Source: a bacterium | GTDB lineage: Bacteria > Zhuqueibacterota > Zhuqueibacteria > Oceanimicrobiales > Oceanimicrobiaceae | Direction: 5' to 3' | Length of the DNA stretch: 10,471 bases | Assembly (NCBI GenBank): GCA_046757525.1 | Contig: JBHHYI010000145.1 | Coordinates: forward strand, 1 to 10,471 | Shown: positions 7,511-10,471 of the stretch, in pieces | Layout of the letters: every line of letters starts with the position of its first letter | How positions within the stretch are numbered: position 1 is the stretch's first letter | Translations under genes and position numbers: made by a program | The notes under the pieces: model-generated | The model's input: only the letters and a program-made list of their open reading frames with translations | Databases searched by the model: none | What the model was told of the DNA's origin: nothing

Positions 7511-7726
7511 CTGGATGGTCGGTTTGACGGTCTTGCTGGGATTCAGGGGCCATCTTTTTACCGGCCACATCGACTGGCTGCTCAGTACTGGATCAGGCAT
7601 CGTCGTATTACTTGGAGGACAAATCGGTTCGCAGATTTCCATTAAGTTGTCCGAAAAAAAGTCAAGCAGACGCTTGCGGTGGTCTTTGTGCTCATGGCTG
7701 TTTAGATGATTTCAAAATCCATTTGA
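7510..7726 (+). pseudogene. C-terminal fragment of a TauE/SafE sulfite-exporter-family permease
   Basis: WMVGLTVLLGFRGHLFTGHIDWLLS...VVLLGGQIGSQISIKLSEKK. A frameshift in the A7 run (7654-7660) continues it as VKQTLAVVFVLMAV*MISKSI*, with TAG at 7703 and TGA at 7724-7726. No start codon or N-terminal half. Confidence 0.7.
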
Positions 7727-7936
7727 TTGGCTATGAATCTGCGACTCTGGAAAGCACACTTTCGAGGTTGTCAAAGCCTCGGGCGTCTTGATATTTTTGA
7801 CAGATATTTCGGCAGCCATCAATTGCGGAACCTTTGTCCTCCCCGCCACAACTCGGATTTTACACCCGCGTGCTCTTTTCCCTTGCTTTAACAGGTCATA
7901 ATTGTTATTCTTAAGAAAACAAATCTCATATCTGCC

Positions 7937-8509
7937 ATGAAAGTCAAAGAAACCTCGCCGGCCTTTCGCACCGAAAAGAAATACACCTACGATGATTATT
8001 TGCAGCTCATCGAAGATGGCAAGCGCTACGAAGTGATCCACGGAGAACTTATCATGACGCCTGCGCTTTTTACCATTCATCAGAGAACATCTTTGAACAT
8101 TGTCGAGCTGCTCCTGCAGTTCATAAAGAAGAACAAAGTGGGTGAAGTGTTGTTTGCTCCGGTCGACGTGGTTTTGAGCGATGACAACGTGGTGCAGCCC
8201 GACATTCTGTTTGTGGCTAAAGACCGCGCCCATATTATCACCGAAAGAAACGTTTCGGAGGCACCGGATTTGGTTGTTGAAATTCTGTCGCCCGCTACCG
8301 CCTATTATGACCTGGTGGAGAAAAAGGAGCTTTACGAAGCCTTTGGCGTCAAAGAATACTGGCTTGTAGATCCGAAGAAGCACTCGGTTGAAGTTTATTT
8401 TAAAGAAGCCGGAAAGTTCAAACTCTTAAAGCGCTGGGAAAGGGAAGGCGTGCTCAGGTCAACACTCCTGCAGGGGCTGCAAGTAGAGCTGGCAAAGATT
8501 TTCGCGTAA
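7937..8509 (+). CDS. Uma2 (DUF820) family PD-(D/E)XK putative endonuclease
   Basis: YTYDDY...[36 protein letters not shown] and [15 protein letters not shown]. Full length at 190 aa. Confidence 0.95.
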   Translation: MKVKETSPAFRTEKKYTYDDYLQLIEDGKRYEVIHGELIMTPALFTIHQRTSLNIVELLLQFIKKNKVGEVLFAPVDVVLSDDNVVQPDILFVAKDRAHIITERNVSEAPDLVVEILSPATAYYDLVEKKELYEAFGVKEYWLVDPKKHSVEVYFKEAGKFKLLKRWEREGVLRSTLLQGLQVELAKIFA

Positions 8510-8546
8510 AGAGAACTTTGGCTCTCCCTGCCTGTCCCACCGCACA

Positions 8547-8675
8547 GCCAAATGTGAAGTCTGCGGCGAGTATGTCTTCGAGCGCTATCTCCGTCACAAG
8601 GATGGTCAGGTGGTCTGTCTGCCCTGTTCGGCCTATGGAAAAGATGAAAGTCTGATTCATTTGGCGCTTAAGTGA
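8547..8675 (+). pseudogene. Orphan C-terminal C4 zinc finger of an FmdE-family protein (gene fragment)
   Basis: Not in the ORF track. Translation from 8547 is [42 protein letters not shown], a CxxC-x17-CxxC motif like the FmdE C-terminal finger. There is no room for the N-terminal domain after the Uma2 stop at 8509. Confidence 0.7.
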
Positions 8676-8699
8676 GACGTTTGAAGTAGATTCGGAAGT

Positions 8700-8732
8700 C
8701 GTTGCGGAGACAAGCCGGCGGTCTCCGCAACG
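8700..8732. terminator. Perfect 12-bp GC-rich hairpin (terminator or REP-like palindrome)
   Basis: CGTTGCGGAGAC-aagccggcg-GTCTCCGCAACG, starting 25 nt after the zinc-finger relic stop. Only a weak, interrupted T-tract follows. Confidence 0.5.
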
Positions 8733-8922
8733 CGAGGGTTTCGTGTTTTCAGCAGTAGAAGGTCTGACCTCCTTATCTGTTAGTTCAAATCGGAATCCTC
8801 GATCCGCCGAATAATTGTTCTAACAACATTATGCTTTAATGAGTATTTTTGCATCTTTTTATGATTTACTGCAACTAATGCTTGGAGACAATGTCTGAGG
8901 ATTGCAAAAAGGAGATGGCAGA

Positions 8923-9378
8923 ATGGTTTATGGAATCGGTTTTACAATAATCCTACTGGCGTCAGCGCTGTTTTCGATGTTGGGACTCGGTGGGGCGCTG
9001 GTTTATGTCCCTGTGATGAAATGGGCCGGTTTTCCGGTGAAGGAAGTGGCAATCCCCACCGGCTTGATTTTGAACGGGCTGACGACCTTATTGGCTCTCA
9101 CGACCTATGCACGCAGTAAATTAGTCGATTGGAAGGGTGGATTGGCGCTTACCATCAGTGCGTTTGTTTTCGCACCAGTTGGAGCTTATGCAACCAATTT
9201 GATTCCGGTAAGAACGCTGCTTTTTATTTTTGCCATAGCGGTCATTGTAGCGGCTGCCCGCATGATCATGTTTTCCCGGCAGCCGGAACCTGAAACCGTT
9301 ATGTCCTTTAAGAAACGTTCCGTTATCGGAGCGATTGTAGGAGGATTTGCCGGTTTCATCGCCGTTTTCTTAGGATAG
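8923..9378 (+). pseudogene. TauE/SafE sulfite-exporter-family permease, 3'-truncated
   Basis: RBS AAGGAG before ATG 8923. Motifs LFSMLGLGGALVYVP, GL.LNGLTTL and VDWK.G...FAPVGAY. It stops at GGFAGFIAVFLG*, where the second GxGGG repeat should begin (151 aa versus roughly 250 typical). Confidence 0.8.
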
Positions 9379-9426
9379 CTCAGGTTGGTTCTTGTTGCAA
9401 AAATTCTATTTTGGAGCATCGTTGCT

Positions 9427-9555
9427 ATGTTAGTGATTGTATTTAAGTCATTTCAGGAACCGTTTGCGATTATGGCCAGCCTGCCCCTGGCGCTCATCGG
9501 TGCGGCCTGGGCCATGCTTCTCGCCGACAAGCATGGTTGAATGCCGTCTTTCAGG
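9427..9555 (+). pseudogene. Internal transmembrane fragment of an RND efflux permease (AcrB/CusA/CzcA-like)
   Basis: Not in the ORF track. MLVIVFKSFQEPFAIMASLPLALIGAAWAMLLADKHG*MPSF matches the RND pattern F.S...P.AIM.SLPLALIG. In-frame TGA at 9538-9540. Confidence 0.75.
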
Positions 9556-9556
9556 G

Positions 9557-10468
9557 ACGGTGCTTGCTTCTGAAAAATCTGAAGCGACAACTTGCGCTGA
9601 CGATAGCAATTCTGTCGAAGTAATTGAACCGGCTGCACCTGGGGACAGCTCAAAAATCGACCGGCGTTTCAGATACGAAGCAAGGGAAGAAGGAAATCCT
9701 TTTGCGATTACGCCACACCGTCCAATTTACTTCATGCCAGCAGTTTACAAGAGCTCTCCCAACAACGCAGAAGCAGGGCAGATAGGATTCAATCACACGC
9801 TTAATGCAGTCGAAGTAAAATTTCAGATTAGTTTCAAATTGCTGGTTTGGAAAGGTGCTTTAGCGACAATGTCAACTTTTATGTTGCTTATAACCCAGCA
9901 GAATTGGTGGCAGGTTTACAACAGTGCGATTTCCAGTCCGTTCAGAGAAACCAACTACGAACCAGAAGCTTTTTTCATGATTCATACAAAAATAAACGTT
10001 TGCGGTGTAAGAATCCGGCCGATTAATATCGGAATTGATCACTAATCCAACGGACGTGCGGGATTGGCCTCGTGGAGCTGGAACAGATTGTTTGCGTAAA
10101 TTGTTATTGATGTGCATAACCGAATGTTTATTGAGTTCCGGCCCTGGATGCGGCTTCCTGAAAGAAACAAGATGTTCCCGTCTGATCCAACAGGTGATGA
10201 CAATCCGGACATCACCGATTTCTTGGGCTATGGACATGTGGGCGGTGTGCTACCCCTGGGCCAACACACCGTCACCGCTTTCTTTTACGACAATTTGAAG
10301 TCGAACCAAAAAGCAGCACCGCAACTGGCCGGGAGTTTTCCGTTGGTGAGAAAGGTCCGGGGGTACGTCCAATTCTTTACCGACTGTGGAGAGAGTCTCA
10401 TCGACCACAATGACAACTCGACCCGCATCGGCGCAGGGGTGGATCTGACGAATTGGCGGGAACGCTGA
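9557..10468 (+). pseudogene. pldA: Outer-membrane phospholipase A (OMPLA) pseudogene
   Basis: Motifs NPFAITPHRP.Y, EVKFQISFK, TQQ.WWQ.YN...SSPFRETNYEPE, H*SNGR...SWNR, DDNPDI..FLGYG and GESLID. In-frame TAA at 10043 and 10097. Start codon and most of the signal peptide are absent. Confidence 0.9.
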
Positions 10469-10471
10469 CAC

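Noticed and set aside
7307..7642. 111-aa minus-strand ORF as a real gene
   Set aside because: It is a chimera of the antisense of the TauE fragment and the IS1634 relic.
7712..8383. 223-aa minus-strand ORF
   Set aside because: Mostly the antisense shadow of the Uma2 gene. I could not assign the 7727-7936 portion to any family in the frames I translated.
8815..8841. Operator-like palindromes upstream of tauE (TTGTT-ct-AACAA, CATTA-N5-TAATG)
   Set aside because: Only 5-bp arms in AT-rich DNA, which cannot be distinguished from chance.
9538..10099. Stop-codon readthrough, selenocysteine or alternative genetic code (TGA 9538, TAA 10043, TAA 10097)
   Set aside because: The stops are of different types, co-occur with frameshifts and truncations, and intact genes here terminate normally with TAA, TAG and TGA.

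Overview
Bacterial window, probably from a diderm organism (it encodes a porin and a relic outer-membrane phospholipase), with all intact genes on the + strand. It has three parts. (1) 178-1903: a two-gene unit encoding a Tat-signal protein with a C-terminal NusG-domain-II (DUF1312-like) Cys motif, overlapping an ApbE FAD:protein FMN transferase. (2) After a hairpin-rich ~750-bp intergenic region, a tightly packed four-gene operon (2658-7247) encodes a small secreted hypothetical protein, a putative beta-barrel porin, a membrane HAMP histidine kinase and a sigma54-dependent NtrC-family response regulator. A candidate sigma54 promoter and enhancer-like palindromes lie upstream of it. (3) 7250-10471: a decayed region where one intact Uma2 endonuclease gene sits among joined gene fragments. 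These are an internally deleted IS1634-like transposase, two TauE/SafE halves, an FmdE-type C4 zinc-finger tail, an RND permease segment and a disrupted pldA. Family calls come from motif recognition by eye, not database searches.
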